Source: Pseudomonadota bacterium
GTDB taxonomy: Bacteria; Pseudomonadota; Gammaproteobacteria; Burkholderiales; JAKAFK01
Assembly: GCA_021817985.1 (NCBI GenBank)
Contig: JAKAFK010000009.1
Coordinates: 17,507 to 81,506, forward strand
Direction of reading: 5' to 3'
DNA: 64,000 bases
Shown here: positions 27,332 to 37,418 of the stretch, one piece after another
How the letters are laid out: every line of letters begins with the position of its first letter
Numbering within the stretch: the stretch's first letter is position 1
The notes under the pieces: model-generated
Database searches by the model: none
What the model saw: only the letters and a program-made list of their open reading frames with translations
What the model was told of the DNA's origin: nothing
Program-made: the position numbers and the translations under genes

Positions 27332-28738
27332 TCACTCGCCGCCTTGGGCGAGCTTGCTGTGGTGGTAGGAATAGGTGAAGTAGATGATCGCCCCCAGCGC
27401 GAGCCACACCACGAAGCGGATCCAGGTCAGGGCGGGTAGGAACGCCATCAGGGCCCCGCACGAAAGGGCACCCAACACCGGGAAAAGCGGGCTGAGAGGC
27501 ATCTTGAACGGCCGCTCCATGTCCGGACGCGTGATGCGCAGCATGACGACGCCCAGACAGACCAGCACGAACGCGGCCAGCGTCCCGATGTTGACCAGCT
27601 CAGCCAGATCGCCCAGCGGAATGAGCCCGGCCGTCACCGCAATCAGCACCCCGCACAGGACGATGACCCGGACCGGCGTCTGCGTCTTCGGGTGCACCCT
27701 GGCGAAGAACGGCGACAGCAGCCCGTCTCGCGACATGGCGAAGAAGACGCGGGTCAGTCCGTAATAGAGCACCAGCATGACCGTCGTCAAGCCTGCAATG
27801 ACGCCGGTCGCCACCAGCGCGGAAGCCCACCGGTACCCCAAGATCTGCAGCGCATAGGCCACCGGCGACGACACGTTGAGCACCCGATAGGACACGATGC
27901 CGGTGAGCAAGCCCGACACCACGATGTAGATGACGGTGCAGAAGACGAGTGAAGCGATGATCCCAATGGGCACGTCACGGCGCGGATCTTTGGCTTCTTC
28001 GGTGGCCGTCGACACCGCATCGAAGCCAACATACGCGAAGAACACCATGGCCGCGCCGGCGAACACACCCACCGGCTTGCCCTGCGGTCCGGTCCCGGAC
28101 CAGCCGAAGGGCATGAAAGGGTGCCAGTTCGCGGGGTGGACGTTGAAGGCCGCCACGCCGATGAACACCGCAATGGTCACGAGCTTCACGAACACCATGA
28201 CGGCGTTCGATTGCGCGCTTTCCTTCACCCCGATGGCGAGGAGCGCCATCAGCACAAGCACGATGGCCGCAGCCGGCAAATTGATGATGCCGCCCAGCGA
28301 CGGCCCCATCGTCAAGCTGGCCGGCAAGCCGATGCCCATCGCAGTGAGCGCGTTTTCGAAGTAGCCCGCCCAGCCGTTGGCCACCGCCGCCGTCGAAAGC
28401 GCATACTCGAGAATCAGGTCCCAGCCGATGATCCACGCCACGAACTCGCCGAACGCGGCATAGCTGTAGCCGTAGGCGCTGCCGCAGCCGCCGACCGCGG
28501 AGGACAACTCGGCATAGGCGAGCGCCGCGAATGCGCAGGCAAGTCCCGCGACCACGAAGGAGAGAATGACTGCCGGTCCCGCTTGGGTAGCCGCCGCGAT
28601 GCCGGTCAACACGAAAATCCCGGTACCGATGATGGCACCGACCCCGAGAATGGTCAGATCGAAAGCGCTCAAGCAGCGCTTCAGCCCCGTATCGCAAAAA
28701 TCATCGCCGGATGTCACCTTGGTGCGGAAAATGCGCAT
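27332..28738 (-). CDS. APC-superfamily amino acid permease (cationic amino acid transporter-like)
   Basis: Uses frame 27332..28864. Start placed at ATG 28738 (MRIFRTKVTSGDDFCDTGLKRCLSAFDLTILGVGAIIGTGIFVLTG...), a typical CAT/YfnA N-terminus. About 12-14 TM helices. Confidence 0.9.
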   Translation of the reverse strand: MRIFRTKVTSGDDFCDTGLKRCLSAFDLTILGVGAIIGTGIFVLTGIAAATQAGPAVILSFVVAGLACAFAALAYAELSSAVGGCGSAYGYSYAAFGEFVAWIIGWDLILEYALSTAAVANGWAGYFENALTAMGIGLPASLTMGPSLGGIINLPAAAIVLVLMALLAIGVKESAQSNAVMVFVKLVTIAVFIGVAAFNVHPANWHPFMPFGWSGTGPQGKPVGVFAGAAMVFFAYVGFDAVSTATEEAKDPRRDVPIGIIASLVFCTVIYIVVSGLLTGIVSYRVLNVSSPVAYALQILGYRWASALVATGVIAGLTTVMLVLYYGLTRVFFAMSRDGLLSPFFARVHPKTQTPVRVIVLCGVLIAVTAGLIPLGDLAELVNIGTLAAFVLVCLGVVMLRITRPDMERPFKMPLSPLFPVLGALSCGALMAFLPALTWIRFVVWLALGAIIYFTYSYHHSKLAQGGE

Positions 28739-29154
28739 GAGTCCTGTCCAGCGGGAAGCCCCGGCCGCACGGCCAGGGAGGTAGCGTCCGGAATGCGCGG
28801 CATTCCCTTGGCTTGTGCCGTGACCTTCCCCGCCCTCTCCGAAAATCGGCACCTTGACAAACATGCCTGGGCGCTCGCCACCGCCCAGCCCCCGCCTTCA
28901 CCGATGGAACGGCCATCGGGCCCGCGGCGTTCCGCCAAGGGCTCGAAACGGCGCAAGGTGCATTCTAAGCGTTGGATTCTCGCCCTGGCAAGCCGCCGAG
29001 AGGCGAGACGGTCGAGCGCCCCGGCAATTGCCACGCATGCGCATTCGAGGGGAAATGGACGCCGTCAGGGCTGCCACAGCGACCGGCATCGTCGGGCGCG
29101 CATCGCGGGCCATTCGGCTCCAGCGATCCGCGGGGCATTGCACGACGCATGCGG

Positions 29155-29373
29155 TCAGTGCGCCGCCGGCCGACTGGGAGCCGGCGCCGGGTGCCCCCTC
29201 AAGGTCCGCGGAATCGCCTGCGACGGCGAGAATTGGGGCACTTGTGCAGGCGGAGTGAATTCGACCACGAAAACCACGATCATCACGCCGACAAGCGCGA
29301 CAACCACGGTCGCAACAACCGGCAACACGATCCACAAGGGATAAAAGCCCCGCGCATCCTTCGATCCGTCCAC
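29155..29373 (-). CDS. small single-pass membrane protein (hypothetical)
   Basis: 72 aa. AGGAG lies 7 nt upstream of ATG 29373. One clear TM helix (LWIVLPVVATVVVALVGVMIVVFVV) followed by a Pro-rich tail. Confidence 0.4.
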   Translation of the reverse strand: MDGSKDARGFYPLWIVLPVVATVVVALVGVMIVVFVVEFTPPAQVPQFSPSQAIPRTLRGHPAPAPSRPAAH

Positions 29374-29522
29374 CGTTCGCTCCTGAGGGAAGAGAATTCG
29401 GCTTCGATCGCTTGCCGCCCGCTCGCGCGGCTTCGCCTTAATCTAGGGATAGCCCACGCGAGGCAAGCGGTCAAAAGGACACAGCTGCCTTGAGGCCCAC
29501 GCCTGCCGGCCTGAAGAAACGC

Positions 29523-29816
29523 CTATTCGTCCTCTTCGTCCTCGCCTTCGTCGGCCAGTTCCTCGAGCAACGCGCTCGCGTCGGCCGTCACATGGATCTG
29601 GAGCATCCCATCGTCCACACCGAGCACTTCGTATTCGATGTCGTCGAGGTCAGGCGAATCGGTCAGCAACTCGGACAGCAGCGTGAGAAAAGTATCACGG
29701 TCTGCGTCGATGATTTCTTCCAAGTCGACGGCAACGGTGCCTTCCACTTGACCGGCAGCTTCCATCTGCTTGCGGATTTCTCGCTCCGTCAGCGAGCGCG
29801 TGAGTACGTCTTGCAT
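29523..29816 (-). CDS. small highly acidic protein (hypothetical)
   Basis: 97 aa. GGAG lies about 7 nt upstream of the start. The composition is strongly acidic, with a C-terminal EELADEGEDEEDE tail. Located 170 nt downstream of the histidine kinase on the same strand. Confidence 0.55.
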   Translation of the reverse strand: MQDVLTRSLTEREIRKQMEAAGQVEGTVAVDLEEIIDADRDTFLTLLSELLTDSPDLDDIEYEVLGVDDGMLQIHVTADASALLEELADEGEDEEDE

Positions 29817-29986
29817 CCCTCGGCTCCTTGTCGCCTGGTTTCGGGTGAGCGCTTTTCATCACCCGCAGGGTTGATAACAATCGTTTGCCGCACCGTTCGT
29901 GCGGCGCCTGCTGCCCACCGAAACGGCCGCCAGGGGTCGTTCTTTCCGTTGCGCCCGGTGCGTGCCTCGGCTTGCGCGCCGCTAGC

Positions 29987-31066
29987 CTAAGGTTTAGCAG
30001 AATCGCTATCGGGCTGCAAGCCAGCCTTCTCCGCTCGGCCCAGGGGAATCAAGAGCCGGACGCAGGCCCCCCCCAGGCGCGAGGGGCCCATCGCCAACGT
30101 ACCCCCGAACATGAGCGCGCGCTCCCGCATCCCGAGCAGGCCTAAAGAGGCTTCGCGATCAACGGCATCGGGGTTGAGGCCCACGCCGTTGTCATCGACC
30201 TGCAACAGCAAGGTGCCTTCGCCGTCCACCCGCAAGACAACCCCGACCTCGGTGGCGTGCGAATGACGCGCCACGTTGGTCAACGATTCCTGCAGGATGC
30301 GGAACACCGCGGTGGCGCAGGCCTCGTCCAGCGCCGGCTCGCGTGGCGGGAGCGCGGCATGGACGCGGATCCCGGTGCTTTGCGCGAGCGCCTGGATCTG
30401 CCACTCGCACGCCGCAACAAGGCCTAGGTCGAGCACCGCCGGCCGCAATTCGGCCGCGATGTTGCGCACGGTGTCGATGATGCCGTCGATGGCGGCCAGG
30501 ATCGGCTGGACCATCCCCGGCAAAAGGCCGGGCGACTCGGGGACTGGGGAGACGAGCGCCGCCACCCCGATTTTTAGCGAGGACAGCCGCTGTCCAAGCT
30601 CATCATGAATCTCGCGCGCGATGCGCTTGCGCTCCGCTTCACGCACCCGCTCATGATGCGCCGCCAACACGCGCAGCATGTCCTGCGAGCGGGCCAGTTC
30701 GTCTTCCCGCGCGCTGCGGGCGCCCACATCGATAACAAACCCCACCAGCAGGACCCCGCCCAGCCCACCCATCGCCTCGCAGCCGATGACGATCGTGAGC
30801 GCCGTACGATCCGCGCGCTCGCCCGTCACTTCGACAGGTTCGCAGAGCAGACCGCGGCCCGCGCGCGAGAGCGCCTCCTCCAGCCGGGGCCGGTCGTCGG
30901 CACGCGCGAGTTCCACCAGCGGCTTGCCCAGCAGATTGTCGCGATCATAGCCGAAGAGCGTGGCCATGGTCGCGTTCACGAACACCAATCGGCCCGCGCG
31001 CAGCACAAACTGTGCCGTGCGGGACGCCTCGAGGGCGCTCCAGTCGATTTCTCTGCGATCGGGCAA
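29987..31066 (-). CDS. soluble PAS-domain sensor histidine kinase (HisKA_3 / NarL-partner type)
   Basis: 359 aa with no TM segment. PAS-like N-terminus (FVLRAGRLVFVNATMATLFGYDRDNLLGKPL). H-box REIHDELGQRLSSLK. ATPase boxes LQESLTNVARHS and DDNGVGL. Confidence 0.9.
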   Translation of the reverse strand: MPDRREIDWSALEASRTAQFVLRAGRLVFVNATMATLFGYDRDNLLGKPLVELARADDRPRLEEALSRAGRGLLCEPVEVTGERADRTALTIVIGCEAMGGLGGVLLVGFVIDVGARSAREDELARSQDMLRVLAAHHERVREAERKRIAREIHDELGQRLSSLKIGVAALVSPVPESPGLLPGMVQPILAAIDGIIDTVRNIAAELRPAVLDLGLVAACEWQIQALAQSTGIRVHAALPPREPALDEACATAVFRILQESLTNVARHSHATEVGVVLRVDGEGTLLLQVDDNGVGLNPDAVDREASLGLLGMRERALMFGGTLAMGPSRLGGACVRLLIPLGRAEKAGLQPDSDSAKP

Positions 31067-31223
31067 GGATGCCTCCCCTCAGGCGTAACTATGGGTCAGG
31101 CATCGGTGCCGGGGGCGCGGCCTGATGTCCCACCATAGCACAACTTGCATCTCGCGAATCCGATTGCGCCATTCGATGGGCCGCAGGGTCGTCGTCATGC
31201 GCGCGCCACGTCCGGAAGGCGCT

Positions 31224-33113
31224 TCACCGGGTGCCCGCCGAGGGCGCCCGGCGGGCCTGTTCATACACGTCGGGGTGCAACCGCACCTCCACGAGGCCTC
31301 GCGCCGAATTGCACAGGAAAATCCGCTCGGCCTCAAAAAGATCCCCGAGGTCGAGCCGCCGCTCGCCGGCCCGCGGTTCGCGCGCCAGCATCAGGGCCCG
31401 GCCGATGCCAGGCAAGGCACCGCTCTCGAGCACCGGCGTCAGAAGCCTGCCTTCGCGCTCGACGAAGACATTGTGGCGACTCGCCTCGGCGAGCCGCCCC
31501 TGCTCGTTCAGAAAGAGGACGTCGTACGCCCCCTGCGCCGCGGCGCGCGCGTAAGCGCGTTCATAGTGGTCGCGATGGGTCGTCTTGTGATGCTGGAATA
31601 TCGAGTCGGCCCGAATGGGCTCCGCGCTCAAGGTGACGAGCGGCGGCTCGCTCGGTGGCGGGGCCAGGGGGCTCGTCGAGCACTCGACGGTGCCATCGCG
31701 CGCAAGCTGTACCCGCAGGCGCCAAGGGCCGAAGCCCACCGTACGGCTGACCTCGCCCACGGCCTCCAGCACCTCTGCCCGCCGCCAAGCGAATCCGAAA
31801 ACCTGCGCCGAACGTTCCAGACGCTCCAGATGCCGCTCCAGATGCCGCGCACGCCCCCCTTCCAGGCGCATGGTCTCGATCAGCCCGAACCCATCGTTGA
31901 CCGTCCAAAGGAATTGCGCCTTGAGGCCGCATTCGCGGAACTCATCGTCCTCATTCGATTCGTGGACAATGCCGCTGCCGATCCCCAGTTCCGCGTAGCC
32001 GGGCCGGGTCGAGACCACCGTCCGGATCGGCACGTTGAAACACAGATCCTGCCCCGGCGCCGCATAGCCCAGTGCGCCGGTATAGATGCCGCGCGGTTCG
32101 GCCTCGAGCGCCTCGAGCACCTGAAGCGCTCTGATCTTGGGGGCGCCGGTGACCGACCCGCAGGGAAACAAGCGGGACAAAAGCACGTCCAACGGCACGT
32201 GGCCTGCCGGCTGCGCCCGGATCGTGGAAACCATCTGATGGAGCGTCTCGAATGTTTGGACCTCGAAGAGCCGGTCCACACGAACGCTGCCTGGGCGCGC
32301 CAGGCGTCCGAGATCGTTGCGCAGCAGATCGACGATCATGACATTCTCGGCGCGCGTCTTGCCGTCAGCCTTGAGGCGCGCGCGGATCGCATCATCCTCC
32401 ACGCGGTTCGCGCCGCGCGCGGCCGTCCCCTTCATCGGCCGGCAGACGAGCTCGGCGCCTTGCTGGCGCACGAAGAGTTCGGGCGACAACGACAGCACGC
32501 GCACCTCGGGAAAATCCAGAAACGCCGCGTACTCGACCGACTGCTTTTGCCTGAGCCGGCAGTAGAGCGACCAGGGGGAACCTTCATACCGGAAATGGTA
32601 TTTCAGCGTATGGTTGACCTGATAGACCTCACCGTCGTGGATGAGGCGCCGAATGCGGTCCAAATTCGCGCCGTAGCGGGCCCGATCCTCGCTCATCCGG
32701 ATATCGTAGACGGCACAAGGGGACATCGCCTCCGCGGCGGCGACCAGGCGTTTCACGTCGCGAGCCTCAAGGGCGGCACGGCGTCGGAAGGAGAAAAAGC
32801 TGAGCAGCGGGGCCGTGGCGGCAGCCACCTTCTGCAGGCTGAAATGCCGACGGCCCGCCAAAAGATAGCCCGCCTCGAACGAGACGTAGCCGCAGACGTA
32901 CCGTCCGCGGCAGCGCTCGGCTTCCAGCGCGGCCAGGACGTCGGGCACGGCTTCCGGCCGCCAGGCGCAAAACGCCTCGACCGGATCGACAAAGAGGAAC
33001 GATACCGCCCGGCGCGCCCCTGCTCGCGTGTTCTCAAGCAGCGCAAACGGTCCGGATCGGGGAAGTTCTGGCATCACGACGATCAGGGAGGCGCCGGGAT
33101 GTGTTTCTGGCAT
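31224..33113 (-). CDS. pabB: aminodeoxychorismate synthase component I fused to aminodeoxychorismate lyase (PabB-PabC)
   Basis: Uses frame 31224..33263. Start probably ATG 33113 (or 33074), after the panD stop. Chorismate-binding motifs are SPELFV, RPMKGTA, ENVMIVDLLRNDLGR, GSVTGAPK and GIYTGALGY. The C-terminal 240 or so aa are class-IV aminotransferase-like (LIETMRLEGG...YDVLFLNEQGRLAEASRHNVF...LPGI). Confidence 0.85.
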   Translation of the reverse strand: MPETHPGASLIVVMPELPRSGPFALLENTRAGARRAVSFLFVDPVEAFCAWRPEAVPDVLAALEAERCRGRYVCGYVSFEAGYLLAGRRHFSLQKVAAATAPLLSFFSFRRRAALEARDVKRLVAAAEAMSPCAVYDIRMSEDRARYGANLDRIRRLIHDGEVYQVNHTLKYHFRYEGSPWSLYCRLRQKQSVEYAAFLDFPEVRVLSLSPELFVRQQGAELVCRPMKGTAARGANRVEDDAIRARLKADGKTRAENVMIVDLLRNDLGRLARPGSVRVDRLFEVQTFETLHQMVSTIRAQPAGHVPLDVLLSRLFPCGSVTGAPKIRALQVLEALEAEPRGIYTGALGYAAPGQDLCFNVPIRTVVSTRPGYAELGIGSGIVHESNEDDEFRECGLKAQFLWTVNDGFGLIETMRLEGGRARHLERHLERLERSAQVFGFAWRRAEVLEAVGEVSRTVGFGPWRLRVQLARDGTVECSTSPLAPPPSEPPLVTLSAEPIRADSIFQHHKTTHRDHYERAYARAAAQGAYDVLFLNEQGRLAEASRHNVFVEREGRLLTPVLESGALPGIGRALMLAREPRAGERRLDLGDLFEAERIFLCNSARGLVEVRLHPDVYEQARRAPSAGTR

Positions 33114-33141
33114 GCGGGGCGCATGCTGGCGGGCACCCCGC

Positions 33142-33522
33142 TCAGCCGAACTGAACGGGAATCTCCGCGCTTGTCCGCCGAATTCGGTTGTGCTCGTCGA
33201 CATAGACCAGGGCGGGGCGGTAGCGCTGCAATTCCAGTTCATTGTAGACGGCATAGGCCGCAATGATCACGAGATCACCGGGGCGGGCCTTGTGCGCCGC
33301 GGCGCCGTTGATCGAGATGATGCCGGAATCGCGCGCGGCGCGGATGGCATAGGTCGTGAAACGCTCGCCGTTCGCAACGTTATAGATGTCGATCCGCTGG
33401 TATTCGCGGATATCGGCCGCCTCCATCAGCGTCTCGTCGATCGCGCACGAGCCTTCATAATCCAACTCCGCGTGCGTGACACGAACGCGATGAAGTTTCG
33501 ACTGCAACATGGTTCTTTGCAT
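33142..33522 (-). CDS. panD: aspartate 1-decarboxylase
   Basis: Start at ATG 33522. [54 protein letters not shown] is the canonical PanD sequence with the GS self-cleavage site. 126 aa. Confidence 0.95.
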   Translation of the reverse strand: MQRTMLQSKLHRVRVTHAELDYEGSCAIDETLMEAADIREYQRIDIYNVANGERFTTYAIRAARDSGIISINGAAAHKARPGDLVIIAAYAVYNELELQRYRPALVYVDEHNRIRRTSAEIPVQFG

Positions 33523-33593
33523 GAGATCACCTCGGACGGGAACGCCACGGCTCTTCGCTTCATCCCACCGAGCGGGAAAAAGCAAACTTGCAA

Positions 33594-34445
33594 TTATAGC
33601 CTGGAATCCTCCCCGATCAACACCTCGACATTGTCGATGAGGCGGGTTCGTCCCAGCCAAGCCGCGCCCAGCACCACCAGCGCGGTATCGTCCCGCGCGG
33701 GCGGCAACAAGGTCGCCTGGGAACGCACCGCAACATAGTCCACCCGCCAGCCATCCGATTCCAGCTGCGCGCGCCCTGCCTGCTCCACGTCGGCGCAGCG
33801 CCCCCCCGCGGCCAACGCCTGCGCGCATTCGCGCAACACCCGGTAAAGGCGCGGCGCCCGGCGGCGCTCTTCCGGGCCCAGATAGCCGTTGCGCGAGCTC
33901 AACGCGAGCCCATCGGCGGCACGCACCGTCTCGCCCGCCACGATTTCAACGGGCACATCGAGTTGCTCCACCATCGTGCGGACGATGAAAAGCTGCTGGT
34001 AATCCTTCTTGCCGAACACGGCGAAGCGCGGGCCGACCATATGCAGCAGCTTCAGCACCACCGTCGCGACGCCGCGAAAATGTCCCGGGCGAACCGCGCC
34101 GCACAGGTCGCCCGCAATCGGCGGCGGTTCGACAAACACGCTCTGCGGCCGCGGGTAGAGCACAGCCTCCGACGGGGCAAACACCACCTCGGCCCCCGCG
34201 CGCTCAAGCTTCGCGCAGTCTTCGGCCAGAGTGCGCGGATAGGTCGCGAGGTCCTCCGACGGCCCGAACTGCAGGGGGTTGACGAAGATGCTGACGACAA
34301 CGCAAGCGCCGCGGCGGCGCGCAAGCTCCACAAGCCTCAGGTGCCCATCATGCAGATTGCCCATGGTCGGCACCAGGGCCACCGCCTCGCGCGACGCCAG
34401 AGCGCGCTTGAGGTCAGGACGGTCGGCGACGATCAGCATGGGCAC
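33594..34445 (-). CDS. panC: pantoate--beta-alanine ligase
   Basis: 283 aa. [24 protein letters not shown] and FGKKDYQQ are PanC motifs. Confidence 0.95.
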   Translation of the reverse strand: MPMLIVADRPDLKRALASREAVALVPTMGNLHDGHLRLVELARRRGACVVVSIFVNPLQFGPSEDLATYPRTLAEDCAKLERAGAEVVFAPSEAVLYPRPQSVFVEPPPIAGDLCGAVRPGHFRGVATVVLKLLHMVGPRFAVFGKKDYQQLFIVRTMVEQLDVPVEIVAGETVRAADGLALSSRNGYLGPEERRRAPRLYRVLRECAQALAAGGRCADVEQAGRAQLESDGWRVDYVAVRSQATLLPPARDDTALVVLGAAWLGRTRLIDNVEVLIGEDSRL

Positions 34446-34448
34446 GGG

Positions 34449-35240
34449 TCAAGCAAAGCAGTGCTCGGGGGCAGGGAAGCTGCCCTCTTTCACCGCCTGC
34501 ACGTAGCGCCTCACCGCCGCTTCCAGGCTTTCGGCGCCCGCCATGAAATTGCGCGCAAATCGCGGGATCTTGCCCGGATAAACGCCGATCGCGTCATGCA
34601 GCACCAAGACCTGTCCGGAACAGGCGGGACCGGCGCCGATGCCGATGGTGGGAATCGCGACGCCCCGCGTGACGGCCTCGCCCAAGTCGCTCGGGATGGC
34701 TTCGAGCAGCAGGAGTCCCGCACCGGCTTCCTGCAGGGCCATCGCATCGTCCTTCAGGCGGCTCGCCGCCTCCGGCGTCTTGCCCTGCACCTTGTAGCCG
34801 CCGAACTGATGGACCGACTGCGGCGTCAGTCCCAGATGCCCGAACACCGGGATCCCGCGCTCGGCCAGGAAGCGGACGGTCTCCACCATGGGCGCGCCGC
34901 CCTCCAGCTTGACCATGTGAGCGCCCGCCGCCAGCAGGCGGCACGCCGAGCGCAGCGCCTGCCGTGGGCCTTCCTGATAGGACCCGAAGGGAAGATCGGC
35001 CACCACGAACGCACGGCCCGCCCCGCGCGCGACGCAGCGCGTATGGTAGACCATATCCTCCATGCTCACGGCCAGCGTGCTCGGCGCGCCTTGAATCACC
35101 ATGCCGAGCGAGTCGCCCACCAGCAAGACCTCGACGCCGGCGCCTTCGAGGAGGCTCGCAAAACTTGCGTCGTAGCATGTCATGACCGCGATCTTTTCGC
35201 CGTTGGCCGGCATGGCCTTAAGCGTGGCCAGTGTGATCAC
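34449..35240 (-). CDS. panB: 3-methyl-2-oxobutanoate hydroxymethyltransferase
   Basis: 263 aa. [32 protein letters not shown] and [12 protein letters not shown] are PanB motifs. Confidence 0.95.
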   Translation of the reverse strand: MITLATLKAMPANGEKIAVMTCYDASFASLLEGAGVEVLLVGDSLGMVIQGAPSTLAVSMEDMVYHTRCVARGAGRAFVVADLPFGSYQEGPRQALRSACRLLAAGAHMVKLEGGAPMVETVRFLAERGIPVFGHLGLTPQSVHQFGGYKVQGKTPEAASRLKDDAMALQEAGAGLLLLEAIPSDLGEAVTRGVAIPTIGIGAGPACSGQVLVLHDAIGVYPGKIPRFARNFMAGAESLEAAVRRYVQAVKEGSFPAPEHCFA

Positions 35241-35267
35241 CGCGATTCCCCCTTTAAGCGCCGCACT

Positions 35268-35786
35268 CTATGCGGCGAAGACGCCCTCCAGTCGCTCGAC
35301 ACCCTGCCCGGCGCACGCGCCCAACAGCATGCGGGCCGGCCCGTGCAGCGGAATCACGCACAGGGGGGCAATCTCGACCAACGGCAACAGGACAAACGCG
35401 CGCTGGTGCATGCGCGGATGAGGCAAAATCAATTCCGGTTCCGCGCAGACCCGGTCATCATACATCAGCAAGTCGAGGTCGAGGACACGCGGCCCGTTGA
35501 CCTGGCCGCGCACCCGCCCGTGGCGCTGCTCGAGCTCCAGCAAGCGCGCGAGCAGGCCCTGCGGGGAAAGCGTCGTCTCGATTCTGGCCACTGCGTTGAT
35601 GAAGGGGGGCTGATCAACAAAGCCTATCGGCTCGGTGCGATACAGCGACGAGCGGCTCAGAAGGCGCGTGCCGGGCAGGGCTCCCAGCAGATCGAGCGCC
35701 TCTCGCACCTGCCGCGCAGGATGGCCCAGATTGGCCCCCAATCCGATATACGCGAGCGCCGCCTCGCGCGGCTTTCCGGACGCCAT
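35268..35786 (-). CDS. folK: HPPK, copy 2 (canonical pcnB-folK-panB context)
   Basis: 172 aa. AYIGLGANLG, LYRTEPIG..DQP.F.NAV, PRVLDLDLLMYDD and LILPHPRMHQRAFVLLPL are HPPK motifs. Confidence 0.9.
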   Translation of the reverse strand: MASGKPREAALAYIGLGANLGHPARQVREALDLLGALPGTRLLSRSSLYRTEPIGFVDQPPFINAVARIETTLSPQGLLARLLELEQRHGRVRGQVNGPRVLDLDLLMYDDRVCAEPELILPHPRMHQRAFVLLPLVEIAPLCVIPLHGPARMLLGACAGQGVERLEGVFAA

Positions 35787-35794
35787 GGGGCGAC

Positions 35795-37162
35795 TTACAG
35801 CTGCGGGGGCACGGCGTCGGTCGCCGCCGCGTCCTTCCTGCGGGGGCGGCGGCGCCGCTTGGGACGCGCTTCAGGCAGCAGCATCGACGCGCGCTCGGCT
35901 TCTCCTTCGCCCTGAAATTGCTCCCACCAGGCGGCGAGGCTCGGATCGATCTCGCCGCTTTGCGCCCGCAGCACCAGGAAATCGAAGGCCGCACGAAAAC
36001 GCGGATGGGCGAGGAGCCGGTAGGGGCGCGCCCCGGACCGGTGGTCGAAACGCGGCTGCAAGCCCCAGATTTCCTTCATGATCGCGTCGAAGCGCCGCGG
36101 AATGAGCAATTGCTCCTGCTGCGCATGCAAGACCGTCTCCATGGCCTCGAAGAGCGCAGGCATCGGTTTCGCCCCTTGGCGCTCCAGGGCGCGCCAGGTG
36201 AGCAGCACTTGGTGCCACAGGAGGGTCGCGAACAGGAAGGCGGGCGACACCGGCTTGTCCGCACGCACGCGCTCGTCGGTATTCTTGAGCGCAAAGGTCA
36301 CGAAACGCTCGCCCTCCGGCTGCTCGAGAATCACATCCAGCAACGGCAGCAAGCCGTGGTGCAACCCCTCGGCCCGCAATTGATGGACGCTGCGCAAGGC
36401 ATGGCCCGACAGCAGGAGCTTCACCATCTCGTCAAACAGCCGCGCGTTCGGGACATTGCGCAGCAAGGGCGCAAGCTCGGCAACGGGCGAGCGCGTCTTC
36501 TCCTCGATGTGAAAATCGAGCTTGGCCGCCAGCCGGACCCCACGCAACATCCGCACCGGATCCTCGCGATAGCGGATCTCGGGCTCGCCGATCATGCGCA
36601 GGACGCGTGCCCGCGCATCGCGGTAGCCCCCATGGCAATCCCAGATGGTCTCGCTGGCCGGATCGTAATACAGCGCATTCACCGTGAAATCACGGCGTGC
36701 GGCATCCTCTTCCTGAGTCCCGAAGACATTGTCGCGCAGGAGGCGCCCGTTTTCGTCCGCGCGGTGCTCGCCCCCCTGGGCGTCGTCCTCCCCACCCACA
36801 CGGTGGCCGCGGAAGGTCGACACCTCGATGGTCTCCTGCCCGCACAGCACATGCACCAGGGTGAAACGCCGGCCGATGATGCGCGAGCGGCGGAAGAGCG
36901 CACGCACCTCCTCCGGGGTGGCGTCGGTGGCCACATCGAAGTCCTTGGGACGTGCCCCCATCAGCAGGTCACGCACGGCACCGCCCACGATGAACGCCTT
37001 GAAGCCGGCTTGCTGCAGTTCGCGGATGACCTTGAGGGCACACGGGCTCAGCAGCTCGCGCCCGATGCCATGATCGGCGCGCGGGATCAGGCAGGGCGTG
37101 GCCGCAGGCGCCGCGGCCGCAGGCGTTTTTCCGAAAACCCGGTTGATGAACTTTCCAATCAT
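35795..37162 (-). CDS. pcnB: poly(A) polymerase I
   Basis: 455 aa. FIVGGAVRDLLMG..PKDFDVAT, RRDFTVNALYYD and a basic C-terminal tail are typical PcnB features. Confidence 0.95.
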   Translation of the reverse strand: MIGKFINRVFGKTPAAAAPAATPCLIPRADHGIGRELLSPCALKVIRELQQAGFKAFIVGGAVRDLLMGARPKDFDVATDATPEEVRALFRRSRIIGRRFTLVHVLCGQETIEVSTFRGHRVGGEDDAQGGEHRADENGRLLRDNVFGTQEEDAARRDFTVNALYYDPASETIWDCHGGYRDARARVLRMIGEPEIRYREDPVRMLRGVRLAAKLDFHIEEKTRSPVAELAPLLRNVPNARLFDEMVKLLLSGHALRSVHQLRAEGLHHGLLPLLDVILEQPEGERFVTFALKNTDERVRADKPVSPAFLFATLLWHQVLLTWRALERQGAKPMPALFEAMETVLHAQQEQLLIPRRFDAIMKEIWGLQPRFDHRSGARPYRLLAHPRFRAAFDFLVLRAQSGEIDPSLAAWWEQFQGEGEAERASMLLPEARPKRRRRPRRKDAAATDAVPPQL

Positions 37163-37418
37163 GATCGCTTTGTCAATCTGCTCCGGCCCCGAAAGGCGAG
37201 CGCCATCCGCTTCATCTCTCGGCCACGACAGGTTGAAGGGAAATTCACCGCTGATTCACTGCCGGGGCAGCGCGCAGTCCCGAAAGGCGCCAGCGTACTG
37301 GCGAAGACCCACGCGAGCCGCCGGCTCGCAGTGGGCGGCAACGGGCGAGGGGGTCGCACGGCGGCCGTCACCCACGGCCATCGCCCATTATACACCAATG
37401 CCCATGCCGCACGGATCC

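Noticed and set aside
28739-29000. Glycine or lysine riboswitch upstream of the amino acid permease
   Set aside because: The minus-strand sequence contains GGAGAG-like fragments, but I could not reproduce the conserved cores of either riboswitch class. It is left only as an unexplained long leader.
31125-33266. Plus-strand 713-aa ORF
   Set aside because: It is antisense to the PabB-PabC fusion, which carries canonical chorismate-binding motifs. The composition is Arg/Ala/Pro-rich.
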